From the UHGV virus genome UHGV-0214299: 33,703 bases of DNA; one strand, 5' to 3'. The translations under genes and the position numbers were made by a program. Positions 1 to 8,948 of the stretch are shown here, piece by piece. The stretch is from a virus. The notes below the pieces were generated by a model. The model did no database searches. It saw only the letters and a program-made list of their open reading frames with translations, and was not told where the DNA came from. Each line of letters opens with the position of its first letter. Within the stretch, counting starts at the first letter, position 1.

Positions 1-114
1 GGATATTTCCACCTTGATCTCGTCGTCCTCGACGATAGTGACGGTTGCGGCGTAGGCTGCGGTGCAGAAGCACAGCAGCAGGAGCGCCAGAAGGATTGCG
101 ATTTTCTTTTTCAT
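1..114 (-). CDS. N-terminal part (signal peptide) of an origin-spanning sortase-anchored surface protein; continues at 33703-33230
   Basis: ATG at 114 with AAAGGA RBS upstream. 38 codons MKKKIAILLALLLLCFCTAAYAATVTIVEDDEIKVEIS (basic n-region, hydrophobic h-region, AYA cleavage site) end exactly at base 1 in frame. Confidence 0.88.
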   Translation of the reverse strand, partial: MKKKIAILLALLLLCFCTAAYAATVTIVEDDEIKVEIS

Positions 115-143
115 AGTTCGTCCTTTCTTTGGTTTTTTGTATT

Positions 144-170
144 AAAAAAAGAGCTTTGCGCTCTCTTTTT
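144..170 (-). terminator. Putative intrinsic terminator after the CBM-like gene
   Basis: Minus strand reads AGAGC-GCAAA-GCTCT followed by a T run; the stem is short. Confidence 0.55.
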
Positions 171-174
171 GCGG

Positions 175-762
175 TCATTCCGCGTATTCGCTCCATTTGG
201 AGCTGCCTGTCTTGGGCCTATACACCGCGGATTTGATATGCTGGGAAATACACCTCCAAGATTTGCCTTCATGGGTGACTATGGTATCCTCTGTTATCAC
301 CGTGCCGTCCTCGATGTCGCTCCACGCAGGATAGCTGAATTGCGGCATCTCCCAGTAAACGCCTAAATTGGCCGTGTCTGCGGGGTCTTTGCCACGGCTG
401 TATCGCAGTGCCACATACCCGCCCTCCACGGTATCACCGACGGTATAGCGGGCTTCGGCGTTCCACGGTGCGCCTTGGGAGGGCGGGCTTATGAGGCTTT
501 GCCTGGCAGCCGCAATGAGGCCGTCCAATTCGCTGTGTGCCTCCGCAATGAGCGCCGCCCCGGAGAATTCCTCTACCGTTACAGCCTCCAGCCCGAGCAA
601 GCCGCCCCGCCCATTCAAGGCGTATATGTTGCCTCCGTTTACGACAATGCCCTGAGCTTCATGCTCAGGGCAGGTGATGTACACTCCGTTTTCTTGCAGC
701 CGTACATAAACGGCGCCGTCCTCGGTGCTGAGGATAGCGCCTCTCTTTTTTATGCGGTACAT
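175..762 (-). CDS. Phage protein with two C-terminal carbohydrate-binding (CBM5/12-like) motifs; probable tail-associated accessory protein
   Basis: Start reassigned to ATG 762 (GGAGG RBS, adjacent to RT stop). Motifs WNAEARYTVGDTV and WSDIEDGTVITEDTIVTHEGKSWRCISQH. Confidence 0.65.
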   Translation of the reverse strand: MYRIKKRGAILSTEDGAVYVRLQENGVYITCPEHEAQGIVVNGGNIYALNGRGGLLGLEAVTVEEFSGAALIAEAHSELDGLIAAARQSLISPPSQGAPWNAEARYTVGDTVEGGYVALRYSRGKDPADTANLGVYWEMPQFSYPAWSDIEDGTVITEDTIVTHEGKSWRCISQHIKSAVYRPKTGSSKWSEYAE

Positions 763-763
763 T

Positions 764-1888
764 TCATTCCTCCCTTTGTATGAATAGTTCTGAATACAGC
801 GCATCCATGCTTTTAAGCGTCCTGTATGCGTCAAAGCGTTTTGCGTAGCCGCGCCACGACTGATACGATGTTGCTACGTCCTCCATCGCCATCTTGCCCC
901 TGTCTACCCATTCCCGGAATTTTTTAAGTTTGCGGCGTATCCTTGCGACGGAGCCGGGATCTATTTTTCGCACCACTTTCCCACTGTCCGTCAGGAAAAA
1001 ACGGGTCTTAAGAAAGGTGAAGCCCCGGCTGAGCTTCACTATGCGCGTTTTTGTCGGGTGCAGCGCTATGCCGAGGGCGGCGCACCGCTCATGTATGTCC
1101 TCCATGCAGCGGCGCAGATACTCTTTGCTCTCATGGAGAAGGTATCCGTCATCCATATAGCGGGCATAATGCCTTATGTGCAATTTTTCTTTTATGTGGT
1201 GGTCTAAGGAATTGGGCAGCGCCAGCGCGCTTATCTGGGAAACCTGGCTGCCAAGGCCCAGCCCCTCCGGCCCGAATCGGTCAATGAAATATTCCGCCTG
1301 CGCTATCAGCCGCTCATCGCGTATGCACCGGCGGTATTCGTCAAATATGGGCTTATGCCGCGCCGTGTCAAAATACTTTGAAAAATCAAACAGCAGGGCA
1401 TATCCTTCCGTGCCGTGCCTTCGGTAATGCTCGTGCAGGTGTCGCTCCAGCCTGTCCAGGGCGAAGTCTATGCCCTTACCCTTCAGGCTCGCCCCGTTGT
1501 CATGTATGAAGGAGGAACTGAGCAGCGGCGTAAGGCAGTTGTCGCAAAGGCATCGCTGCACTACCCTTTCGGATATATGCACGCTTTTTATATGTCTGGG
1601 CTTGCCGCGCTCCACCAGGTCGAACTCCGTAAAGCCGCGGCTTTTATATCTTCCGCTCAACAGCTCCACGCGGGTCTTGTACACGTTGGCCAGCGCGTTT
1701 GCCTTATACGTCTGTACGCTGGATTTCCACAGCACACCCTTGCGGGTCTGCTTATACGCATCATACATGTTATCATAGCTGAACACGGCTTCAAAGCAGC
1801 CGCAGTTTTCGTTGCGCTCCTGTTTTTTTGCTTCGCGCTCCGCCTTCCTGCGTTGGTATCGTGCCTCCCGGCGTTCCTCGCTGGTCAT
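764..1888 (-). CDS. DGR reverse transcriptase
   Basis: 374 aa. RT motifs LLFDFSKYFD, GLGLGSQVSQ (DGR-type GxxxSQ), YARYMDD and FTFLK; adjacent to TR and avd. Confidence 0.96.
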   Translation of the reverse strand: MTSEERREARYQRRKAEREAKKQERNENCGCFEAVFSYDNMYDAYKQTRKGVLWKSSVQTYKANALANVYKTRVELLSGRYKSRGFTEFDLVERGKPRHIKSVHISERVVQRCLCDNCLTPLLSSSFIHDNGASLKGKGIDFALDRLERHLHEHYRRHGTEGYALLFDFSKYFDTARHKPIFDEYRRCIRDERLIAQAEYFIDRFGPEGLGLGSQVSQISALALPNSLDHHIKEKLHIRHYARYMDDGYLLHESKEYLRRCMEDIHERCAALGIALHPTKTRIVKLSRGFTFLKTRFFLTDSGKVVRKIDPGSVARIRRKLKKFREWVDRGKMAMEDVATSYQSWRGYAKRFDAYRTLKSMDALYSELFIQREE

Positions 1889-2286
1889 TTATCCTCCAAG
1901 GTGAAAACCCCCGTACAGTCTGGTATGGAGTGCGTTCTCGACTGCAAAGGACAGGCCCATGAAAGCGGCTATCGCACATTCGCCGCCCATGCAAGCAGCG
2001 TCCGGGCCGCCGCATCGGGGGTTATATTTACCCGCAATATATGCGGGACGGTCCTGTTCCCCTTCTGTATTGCACTGATTTCGCCCAGCGGTTACTTTGT
2101 CTGGCCACACAGAATCAGGGGGGCACCCCATACGCATTGTTTGCATTATTGTTGGTAACGGAGCCCGCCGCCGCCACCGCCACGAAGTTATTATTGTTAT
2201 TCGTATTAGGGGAGGCAAGCCACCACACCGCAGCAGCACCGCGAGGACGGGGAGCACGATTTACGGAACAGAACCAAACTTTATTT
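1889..2286 (-). ncRNA. Probable DGR RNA region (TR plus flanking spacer) between avd and RT
   Basis: About 400-bp gap between avd and RT containing the TR; matches the canonical avd-TR-spacer-RT layout. Transcript ends are not determined. Confidence 0.7.
2109..2242 (-). repeat. DGR template repeat (TR)
   Basis: 134-bp ungapped match to 2765-2898 with 10 mismatches, all at adenines of the TR coding strand; 11 AAY codons in the target frame. Confidence 0.97.
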
Positions 2287-2691
2287 TTACTTCAAGTCGG
2301 CGTATCGCTTTTTATCCGCCTGTCGCACACCGGAGAGCAGCGACGCCTCGTTGACGGCCATCTCCACCCAGGCTTCAATCACGTTGGTCTCTATGGAAAA
2401 CAGACTCCGCGCTATGTCTATCTTGGATAGCAGGTTTTGCACGTCGTTGTTCGCCTCTATGAGATGATCCCGGCGCATCTGAGCCTCGTGCGCGTTTGTC
2501 GGGTATATGCTGTTGGCTGCCTTGGCGTGCTCATGGCAACTGGAGGCGAGCCGCGCCATCTCCGTGGTTATGAAAAACGTATACCTTTTGGGGAATTTTA
2601 AACACTGCCGTATCGTGTATACCTCAAGGTTGTATGCGTTCTCAAGAAATTGCATACCACTTTCACCGCGACGGCTTTTTAATACGGACAT
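2287..2691 (-). CDS. avd: DGR accessory variability determinant (Avd-like four-helix bundle)
   Basis: 134 aa, helical, MSVLKSRR..KFPKRYTF..AANSIYP pattern; lies between the target gene and TR. Confidence 0.88.
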   Translation of the reverse strand: MSVLKSRRGESGMQFLENAYNLEVYTIRQCLKFPKRYTFFITTEMARLASSCHEHAKAANSIYPTNAHEAQMRRDHLIEANNDVQNLLSKIDIARSLFSIETNVIEAWVEMAVNEASLLSGVRQADKKRYADLK

Positions 2692-2723
2692 GGAAAATAC
2701 CCTTTACAAAAATTTTTTTCGCC

Positions 2724-2740
2724 CCGCCCACAAGGGGCGG
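2724..2740 (-). promoter_or_regulatory. GC hairpin downstream of VR (DGR retrohoming/cruciform element)
   Basis: Minus strand CCGCCC-CTTGT-GGGCGG about 18 nt after the target stop codon; absent after the TR. Confidence 0.7.
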
Positions 2741-2758
2741 AGATATTAGGATAACGGA

Positions 2759-3745
2759 TTAAATACAGAAGCAGGGGGGCACCCCATACGCAGTGCTAGC
2801 ATTAGAGTAGGTAACGGAGCCCGCCGCCGCCACCGCCACGAAGTTATAATTGTAATTCGTATGAGGGGAGGCAAGCCACCACACCGCAGCAGCACCGCCG
2901 ACTTTTCTTATACGGCTGGCGTTGGTGGTGAAGATGGGGTACTTCTTGCCTTCGCCTGCCGCAGAGTAGTTTGTGTTGCCAAACACCTCTATTTCCGTCG
3001 GCAAGAACAGCTTGTCCTTTGATATGGTTATTGTCGTGCTTTCGCTTCCGGCGGATACGCGGCGATTGACGGTCTTTATGACGTTCTTGAGCTCCGCTGG
3101 AAACATATTGAGTATTGCCGGCATACGCGAGGTTCGCATCTGGCAGTTGTTCCAGCCACCGGCGTTGGTACTGCCGCCGTTCATCACGTATGTTGTGTTC
3201 ATGCACTCGGTAAAGCCAAAAGTTATTGCGGCGTAGCCTGAGCCGTCCGCAATGTCATCATGGCGGAAATCGTATATTGCGACGTCATGAGCCTCGTCTG
3301 TAAGCTGGAGCTGCTTCCTGTCGCCTATCTCCCAAAAATTACTTACATCCTCGCCGGAGTTGGCCACGCCCGCTATCTGTTCCCATGTGCAGCTTGAAAG
3401 AGGGCTGTTAGTGCTGAAAAGCGTCCACACGCCGTTGACGCCTATGTATGCGTTGCGGTATTCCCACGCAGAGCCATTATACTGCATAACAAGGCCGGGT
3501 GTCAAAAATATGCTTTGGTCCCCGGCAATGGACAGGCTGTATCCGCCGTTGTCCACGGTATGTATCCATATATCGCCGCTTACCGGTTCCGCCGGCGCCG
3601 CATAGCTGAAGCATATAGTGCCCGGCTCAGTGCCGGTGAGTATGACCACCTGATGATCGACAACCACTGCCGGCAGAGAGGTCGAAATCTGCACATCGAA
3701 GGCCACGCCGCCCGCTGCGGCTCCATACACCATGTTAAATATCAT
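2759..3745 (-). CDS. DGR target protein, probable receptor-binding protein (DUF6273/C-type-lectin-fold C-terminus)
   Basis: Follows the tail fibre gene. Motifs GGWNNCQMR, DKLFLPTEIEVFG, WWLASP and GVPPCFCI; contains the VR. Start reassigned to ATG 3745. Confidence 0.9.
   Translation of the reverse strand: MIFNMVYGAAAGGVAFDVQISTSLPAVVVDHQVVILTGTEPGTICFSYAAPAEPVSGDIWIHTVDNGGYSLSIAGDQSIFLTPGLVMQYNGSAWEYRNAYIGVNGVWTLFSTNSPLSSCTWEQIAGVANSGEDVSNFWEIGDRKQLQLTDEAHDVAIYDFRHDDIADGSGYAAITFGFTECMNTTYVMNGGSTNAGGWNNCQMRTSRMPAILNMFPAELKNVIKTVNRRVSAGSESTTITISKDKLFLPTEIEVFGNTNYSAAGEGKKYPIFTTNASRIRKVGGAAAVWWLASPHTNYNYNFVAVAAAGSVTYSNASTAYGVPPCFCI
2765..2898 (-). repeat. DGR variable repeat (VR) at the 3' end of the target gene
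   Basis: Encodes ...WWLASPHTNYNYNFVAVAAAGSVTYSNASTAYGVPPCFC and differs from the TR only at TR adenines. Confidence 0.97.
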
Positions 3746-3752
3746 ACTGTCA

Positions 3753-6104
3753 TCACCCCACAATCAATATATTCACGGTAAGGTTCGATTCCGGCACTTT
3801 TGAACAGGCAAACGTCAGGCTGTTCGCGGCCTGTGCAGTGCAGCGCACCCCGGCAGCACCATATACGTCAAGCGAGGCCGGGGCGGGACACGCAATCATG
3901 TTTGCGTTTGTTGTCATGCCCTGTACGGTAACAGTCTGGGTAAAAGGGGCTTCTGCGCCGTCCCAATCGGCTATGGCGAGAGACACTATCTTTGCTTTCG
4001 CCGGGGCCGCATAAGTACCGGCAGGTATGGGAGGCTGGTAGTCTGTGCCACCTACGGCCTGTGTCACTTTGCCGCCTACGCCCTTAAGCAGGCCGTTAAT
4101 GTTGGTCGCGGTGTCGGCAGTTATCTCGTTAGGGCCAGCGGGGCCCTGTTCGCCCTGTGCGCCAGTGTCGCCTTTCGTTCCCGTGTCGCCCTTTGCCCCC
4201 TGCGGGCCTTTGATGCTGACGCTTGCGGGGTTATCCAGCCCGCCGTTGTTGCTCCATGAGATAACACCCTCGGCAGAGACGGCGGGGGTAAAATACGGGC
4301 CGGTGTCGCCCTTGGGGCCGTCCGCGCCCTTGGGGCCTTGGATACCCTGCGGGCCTTGCTCGCCCGTATCGCCCTTCGCGCCGGGGTCGCCCTTCGCGCC
4401 TTTTTCACCTGTCGCGCCTTTTTCGCCTGTCGCGCCTTTTTCGCCCTGCGGGATGCCGAACTCAAAATCAAATACCTTTGCGGTGTCCGCGCCGCTTGCC
4501 GTTACCTTTACGGTGGCGGCGGCTCCGGCAGTGAGGGTATTTGCCGTGGCGGTAGGAGTGCCAAAACCTGCGGCTGTGCCGGGGTCGCCCTTGGCTCCGG
4601 GGTCTCCCTTGGCTCCTTGCTCTCCCTGTATGCCCTGCTCGCCCTGTATGCCCTGCTCGCCCTGTGGCCCCCGTATATTGACCGTGGCGGGGTTATCCAG
4701 CCCGCCGTCATTACTCCACGACAAATCACCGTCAGCGGTCACAGAGGGCGTAAAGTGCGCTCCTGCGGGGCCTCGTTCTCCCTTGTCTCCGGGGTTGCCT
4801 ATAAGCCCTTGTATACCCTGCTCACCTTTGGGAACGCCGAACTTAAAGGCGAATACCTTCGCGGTATCTGCGCCGGAAGCTGTCACCTCTACGGTAGCGG
4901 GGGTTCCCGCGTCAAGTGTAGTCACCGTGGCGGTGGGTGTGCCGAATCCGGCAGCTTCGCCCGTGGGGCCTTGTTCGCCCCTTGCTCCCGTGTCACCCTT
5001 CGCGCCGGGGTCTCCCTTGGGGCCCGTATCGCCTTTAGGGCCGGTAGGGCCTTGCTCACCACGGGGGCCTTGCAAGCCTTGTATACCCTGCTCGCCTTTG
5101 GGGCCTGCCGCGCCCTGTTCGCCCTTGGGGCCTTGCGGGCCTTCCGGGCCTTGGAGCTGCCCCTGATCCATCCAAGCGGGCGGGGTGGTCGTGGTATCCC
5201 ACATATAGATGTTATATGGCGCCGCCGCGCCGACGTTGTACATATCGCCTTGCTTTGGGGAGGTGACCGCCGTTTGCAGCGCCTCCACCGTGGCGTATGT
5301 GCCGAGGATATTAAGCCCGGTGCCGGGTTCACCCTGGGGGCCCTGCTCACCCGTGGGGCCTGCCGGGCCGGTGTCGCCCTTGGGGCCTTGCTCGCCCTTT
5401 GCTCCTGCGGGGCCGCGCTCTCCTTGCGGGCCTTGCGGGCCTTCCGGGCCTGCCGGGCCGCGCTCTCCTTGTGGGCCCTGGGGGCCTTCCGGGCCTGCCG
5501 GGCCCTGATCGCCCTTTGCTCCTGCGGGGCCCTGCTCTCCGGCGGGGCCTGCGGGGCCCTGGGGGCCTGCCGGGCCCGCGGGGCCGGTGTCACCGGGCTT
5601 GCCCTCGGAGTTTACGCCGCTGTCCTCGTACTCGTTTTTTTCGAAGCTCCATACATACCAGTTGCCATTGTCGCCGATATACGGCGTTTTTACCGTCGCA
5701 GTCTCCGCTTTTTCTGCGGCCTTTATCACGTCCTCCGCCCAGTCCGGCGCAGGAGGTGGAGGCACGGGACCCGTGCCTCCTATGGATTGCTCGACGTATG
5801 CGGTTATGATGTGCGTTTTGCCGACGGTCTCCCCGTCCAGCAGGCGCAGCTCGATCTGTCCCACTCCGGGCACGGCGGTATCCGCAGCGTCCGGCGTCCA
5901 CTGGATAGGGGAGGACGTGACGCCCACGACTACCGGCCTCATCTGGCCGTCCGGGCGCTTGTATACTATGGATACGGTGCCTTCCGGGTACTCCTCCAGC
6001 CACGGGGACACGTCAAATTTGTGTGTGCGATAGGCGTTCTCGCCCACCCGCCCAACGATAAGCTCCCGGGTGAGTATGCCGGGGCACGAGGTATTACTTT
6101 GCAT
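3753..6104 (-). CDS. Collagen-like tail fibre with BppU-like N-terminal anchor
   Basis: 783 aa. N-terminal IVYKRPDG, long G-X-Y tracts and duplicated non-collagen modules; located after the tail-tip gene. Confidence 0.85.
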   Translation of the reverse strand: MQSNTSCPGILTRELIVGRVGENAYRTHKFDVSPWLEEYPEGTVSIVYKRPDGQMRPVVVGVTSSPIQWTPDAADTAVPGVGQIELRLLDGETVGKTHIITAYVEQSIGGTGPVPPPPAPDWAEDVIKAAEKAETATVKTPYIGDNGNWYVWSFEKNEYEDSGVNSEGKPGDTGPAGPAGPQGPAGPAGEQGPAGAKGDQGPAGPEGPQGPQGERGPAGPEGPQGPQGERGPAGAKGEQGPKGDTGPAGPTGEQGPQGEPGTGLNILGTYATVEALQTAVTSPKQGDMYNVGAAAPYNIYMWDTTTTPPAWMDQGQLQGPEGPQGPKGEQGAAGPKGEQGIQGLQGPRGEQGPTGPKGDTGPKGDPGAKGDTGARGEQGPTGEAAGFGTPTATVTTLDAGTPATVEVTASGADTAKVFAFKFGVPKGEQGIQGLIGNPGDKGERGPAGAHFTPSVTADGDLSWSNDGGLDNPATVNIRGPQGEQGIQGEQGIQGEQGAKGDPGAKGDPGTAAGFGTPTATANTLTAGAAATVKVTASGADTAKVFDFEFGIPQGEKGATGEKGATGEKGAKGDPGAKGDTGEQGPQGIQGPKGADGPKGDTGPYFTPAVSAEGVISWSNNGGLDNPASVSIKGPQGAKGDTGTKGDTGAQGEQGPAGPNEITADTATNINGLLKGVGGKVTQAVGGTDYQPPIPAGTYAAPAKAKIVSLAIADWDGAEAPFTQTVTVQGMTTNANMIACPAPASLDVYGAAGVRCTAQAANSLTFACSKVPESNLTVNILIVG

Positions 6105-8241
6105 TTTTCAGCGCCTCCTCCAGTTGTTTTATGCGGTTTCCCATATCCCGCAGCATTTTATGTGTATTCTGTGCGTCAGCCCACAACACGGCGGGCACAC
6201 GGTCATAGCTTACGCTTTCAGCCTCTACCATGCCCGTCTCTTTGTTGCGGTTGTATTCAGTGAGCCACGGGAACTCCTGTTCCATCTCCTCGGCAATGAA
6301 TCCGTAGCCGCTGCGACCTTTGTCGCCGGAAGCCTTGCTCTCAAACGTTACGGCGCGTACACGGTCTATGCGGTCGCTCACGCTGTCAAATTCGTGTATG
6401 TCGTGAATATTGCGTTTATATCGTTCGGACGAGCTGATCCTGTATAAATAGCCGGTGTCGGTATCGAGGCGTAGGTTTGCGCTATATGACACCTGTCGAG
6501 CAGTCAGGTTGCCCATGTAGGCCGAGCTGCCCGTTAAATACAGTTCCCCGCAGGCCATGCGGTCGTCGCAGCCAAGTGCAGTCGCAGTAAAAGGTGCGTT
6601 ACAATTTAGGCCCGCAACCATGCCTCCATATCCGTTTAAAACTGTATTACCAAGGACTAATCTCCCGTTTGTATAATCGGAGTACAGTGTGCAGTTTCCG
6701 CCCTGTAACCTGTCACCGTATATTGTAAATCCTGCGATTGAGCCGCTTGTGGCTGTAATTTTTCCGCTGATCGTCAGGTTGCCGTTGCCGTCAAAGGCAA
6801 ACACCGTGTTTCCGCTGGTATTTTTCATTGTGATGGTGTTGGCGGTCAAGTCAATTAAAAATCGGCCATCTTTTGATTGGAGTATGCCTGCGGTAATCCG
6901 TGCCGCGTCCATGCCGCCGGTGGTGATAAAGTCCGCGTTGATCTTGCCGTCAATCGTCATTGCAAGGCCGTATGGGCCGTTGTAGCCGCTGGACGAGTAG
7001 CCGAGGCCGGACTTGTTCCACCGCCAGACCTGTACCGCACTCTCTATATCCGGCTGATCCATTATCAATATCTCGTCCGGGGTTTTGCCGCCGGTGCTGC
7101 TATGTATGACCACATAGCCGCCCTGATTGCCGGTTATCAGCTCCGTCGCCTCTATCACCGCCGCCTGCAGTGCCGTGAGGTCGGGGCCCTTGGCTATCTC
7201 CTGCGCCTGCTCCGCTATGGTCATGGCTACATTTTTTCGGACATTGCCTATAGTTACACTGTCGTATGCGTCGATGAGTACGTTATATACCGTGCTGGTC
7301 ACCTGCGCCGTGGCGTTGACGCCGAGCCGCTCAAATATCACGGTAACGGTGTCGCATAGTTCCACCCGCTCCAGCAGGGCGAGGTCTTTGTACTCCTGCG
7401 TCTGCTCGAGCTGCACAAAGGACACATTGAGCGATACCTCCGGCACGCCTATATTGTGGTCGCTCATGTACTGCTCCGCCGCCGCCCTGAGCGCCTCTGC
7501 CGTAGGAGCTTCCTTAAATTCTGCCTTCAAATCGAGCGGCAGCACGCGGGTGTAGTCGTATGTGCCGGGCGCGGGGGTGACCTTTGGGCTCGTCTCCACT
7601 ATGCCGTTGCCGTCGCTGTAATAGGCATACACCCCGGTGTATACGTTACTGCAGTTCTCGTCCTGCTTGAGGTCGGTCAGGTTTTTGCCGTAGCGTATCG
7701 TTACGCCGCGGTTTACACCGCGCTGCTGATACAGTCGCACGGTGTATTTGTCGTATTTGTATTCGCCGCCGTAAACCTCGAGGACGGTCTCCAGTAACGA
7801 CCGCACGGAGGCGGGGGCCTTGACGGTAAAATCGCCGCTCGCCGTCATGTCCGACCAAAACGTAAACGGGTTGGTGACTGCCGCATACGTGCTAAAGCCC
7901 GCAAGCGCGGCCTGCACCGAGGCCGCCGAGTAGGGAGAAACGGGTATCCCGGTCAGGTCGTAGCTGATGTGATAGGCGTATACCGTGACGAGGCCGTTTA
8001 TGGGTTTGCTTATGCGGTACACCCTAAAGGGCTGCGCTAAATCGACAGGGTTAGGCTTGGCGAGTATGATCGAGCGCTGTTGTATTTCGGCGTAGTGTAT
8101 GCCTTCCACGGGGTATTTGAGGGTAAGCTCAAAGGCGCCATTGCGCGTTTCCTTGACCGTGCAGCTCGCCGCATCGGAGAGCTTACCGAGGCCGTTTGTC
8201 TCAAATGTCGTTGCCGTGGGTGCAAATAATACCGGTTTCAT
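6094..8241 (-). CDS. Tail tip/baseplate hub (prophage tail endopeptidase-like) protein with C-terminal S74 intramolecular chaperone domain
   Basis: Start at MKPVLF (ATG 8241, overlapping the Dit stop). Motifs [21 protein letters not shown] and [17 protein letters not shown]-terminal [12 protein letters not shown] plus a coiled coil. Confidence 0.85.
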   Translation of the reverse strand: MKPVLFAPTATTFETNGLGKLSDAASCTVKETRNGAFELTLKYPVEGIHYAEIQQRSIILAKPNPVDLAQPFRVYRISKPINGLVTVYAYHISYDLTGIPVSPYSAASVQAALAGFSTYAAVTNPFTFWSDMTASGDFTVKAPASVRSLLETVLEVYGGEYKYDKYTVRLYQQRGVNRGVTIRYGKNLTDLKQDENCSNVYTGVYAYYSDGNGIVETSPKVTPAPGTYDYTRVLPLDLKAEFKEAPTAEALRAAAEQYMSDHNIGVPEVSLNVSFVQLEQTQEYKDLALLERVELCDTVTVIFERLGVNATAQVTSTVYNVLIDAYDSVTIGNVRKNVAMTIAEQAQEIAKGPDLTALQAAVIEATELITGNQGGYVVIHSSTGGKTPDEILIMDQPDIESAVQVWRWNKSGLGYSSSGYNGPYGLAMTIDGKINADFITTGGMDAARITAGILQSKDGRFLIDLTANTITMKNTSGNTVFAFDGNGNLTISGKITATSGSIAGFTIYGDRLQGGNCTLYSDYTNGRLVLGNTVLNGYGGMVAGLNCNAPFTATALGCDDRMACGELYLTGSSAYMGNLTARQVSYSANLRLDTDTGYLYRISSSERYKRNIHDIHEFDSVSDRIDRVRAVTFESKASGDKGRSGYGFIAEEMEQEFPWLTEYNRNKETGMVEAESVSYDRVPAVLWADAQNTHKMLRDMGNRIKQLEEALKNAK

Positions 8242-8948
8242 AGTGTCCACCACCTCGGTATGATCTCGACGGAGGTTATGCCGCCCGTCCATGTTATCTC
8301 ATTATCGCCGGGCGCAAGCTCCGGGAATTCCGGGATCGTGACCTGACTATTAAGGTTGGTCACGCCCTTGTAGGCGTTTTCGGTGTCGCTGTCCAGCGTT
8401 ATGCTGCCATCTATGGCGGCGAGTGTACAGACGTACTCGCCCACTTGCAGCGTTGCCGCCCCGCTGCCGTAAACGGTGATGAGGGGCTTTGCGTTAAACG
8501 CGGTCGGGTTGGTTATTGTCCCGCCGCTGGTGCTTATCGTCTGCGCCGTGTCGCCGATGTTTAAAAACCGCTGGGGTTTGCAGTTAAACTCTATCGTTGT
8601 CCTGCCGTATAGGTTAAATGTGTTTTCCAGATCCATCGGCCCTTGAAAAAATGCCATGCGGTAACTGCCGGGGGTGTAGTCGTCCACAAGTTTGCGGTAA
8701 CCGCCCACGTTGAGCCATGCCGCCACGGCACGGGCAACATCCGGCAGTTTGCTGTTGTTTCGAGGGCCGCTCAGGTAGATGTCGTATCCTTGTATATAGT
8801 TGCTGTACGCCTGCTGCTGCAGGAGCAAATCGCCGTTTCGCCCTGGTACGCTGATCGCGCTCTGCTTGCGCTGCGGCACGGTATATGTCGGATACCGTTC
8901 AACGATGCAATTCAGGCTGTCGCTGGTTATGCCGTCCCACGTTATCAT
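8238..8948 (-). CDS. Distal tail protein (Dit)
   Basis: Motifs ISVPGRNGDL, FNCKPQRF, FPELAPGDNEI and IIPRWW; directly after the tape measure gene. Confidence 0.85.
   Translation of the reverse strand: MITWDGITSDSLNCIVERYPTYTVPQRKQSAISVPGRNGDLLLQQQAYSNYIQGYDIYLSGPRNNSKLPDVARAVAAWLNVGGYRKLVDDYTPGSYRMAFFQGPMDLENTFNLYGRTTIEFNCKPQRFLNIGDTAQTISTSGGTITNPTAFNAKPLITVYGSGAATLQVGEYVCTLAAIDGSITLDSDTENAYKGVTNLNSQVTIPEFPELAPGDNEITWTGGITSVEIIPRWWTL

Noticed and set aside
764..1888. RT as a group II intron, retron or Abi RT
   Set aside because: No maturase or endonuclease domain; the avd gene and an adenine-specific TR/VR pair identify a DGR.
1889..2257. 122-aa minus-strand ORF across the TR
   Set aside because: Out of frame with the VR-equivalent reading, no RBS and atypical composition; the region is better explained as DGR RNA.
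4200..5600. Repeats that might be a CRISPR array
   Set aside because: They are in-frame G-X-Y coding repeats without unique spacers; no cas genes are present.
4045..6263. Long plus-strand ORFs (373 and 641 aa) opposite the fibre gene
   Set aside because: Antisense shadows of GC-rich collagen codon repeats.
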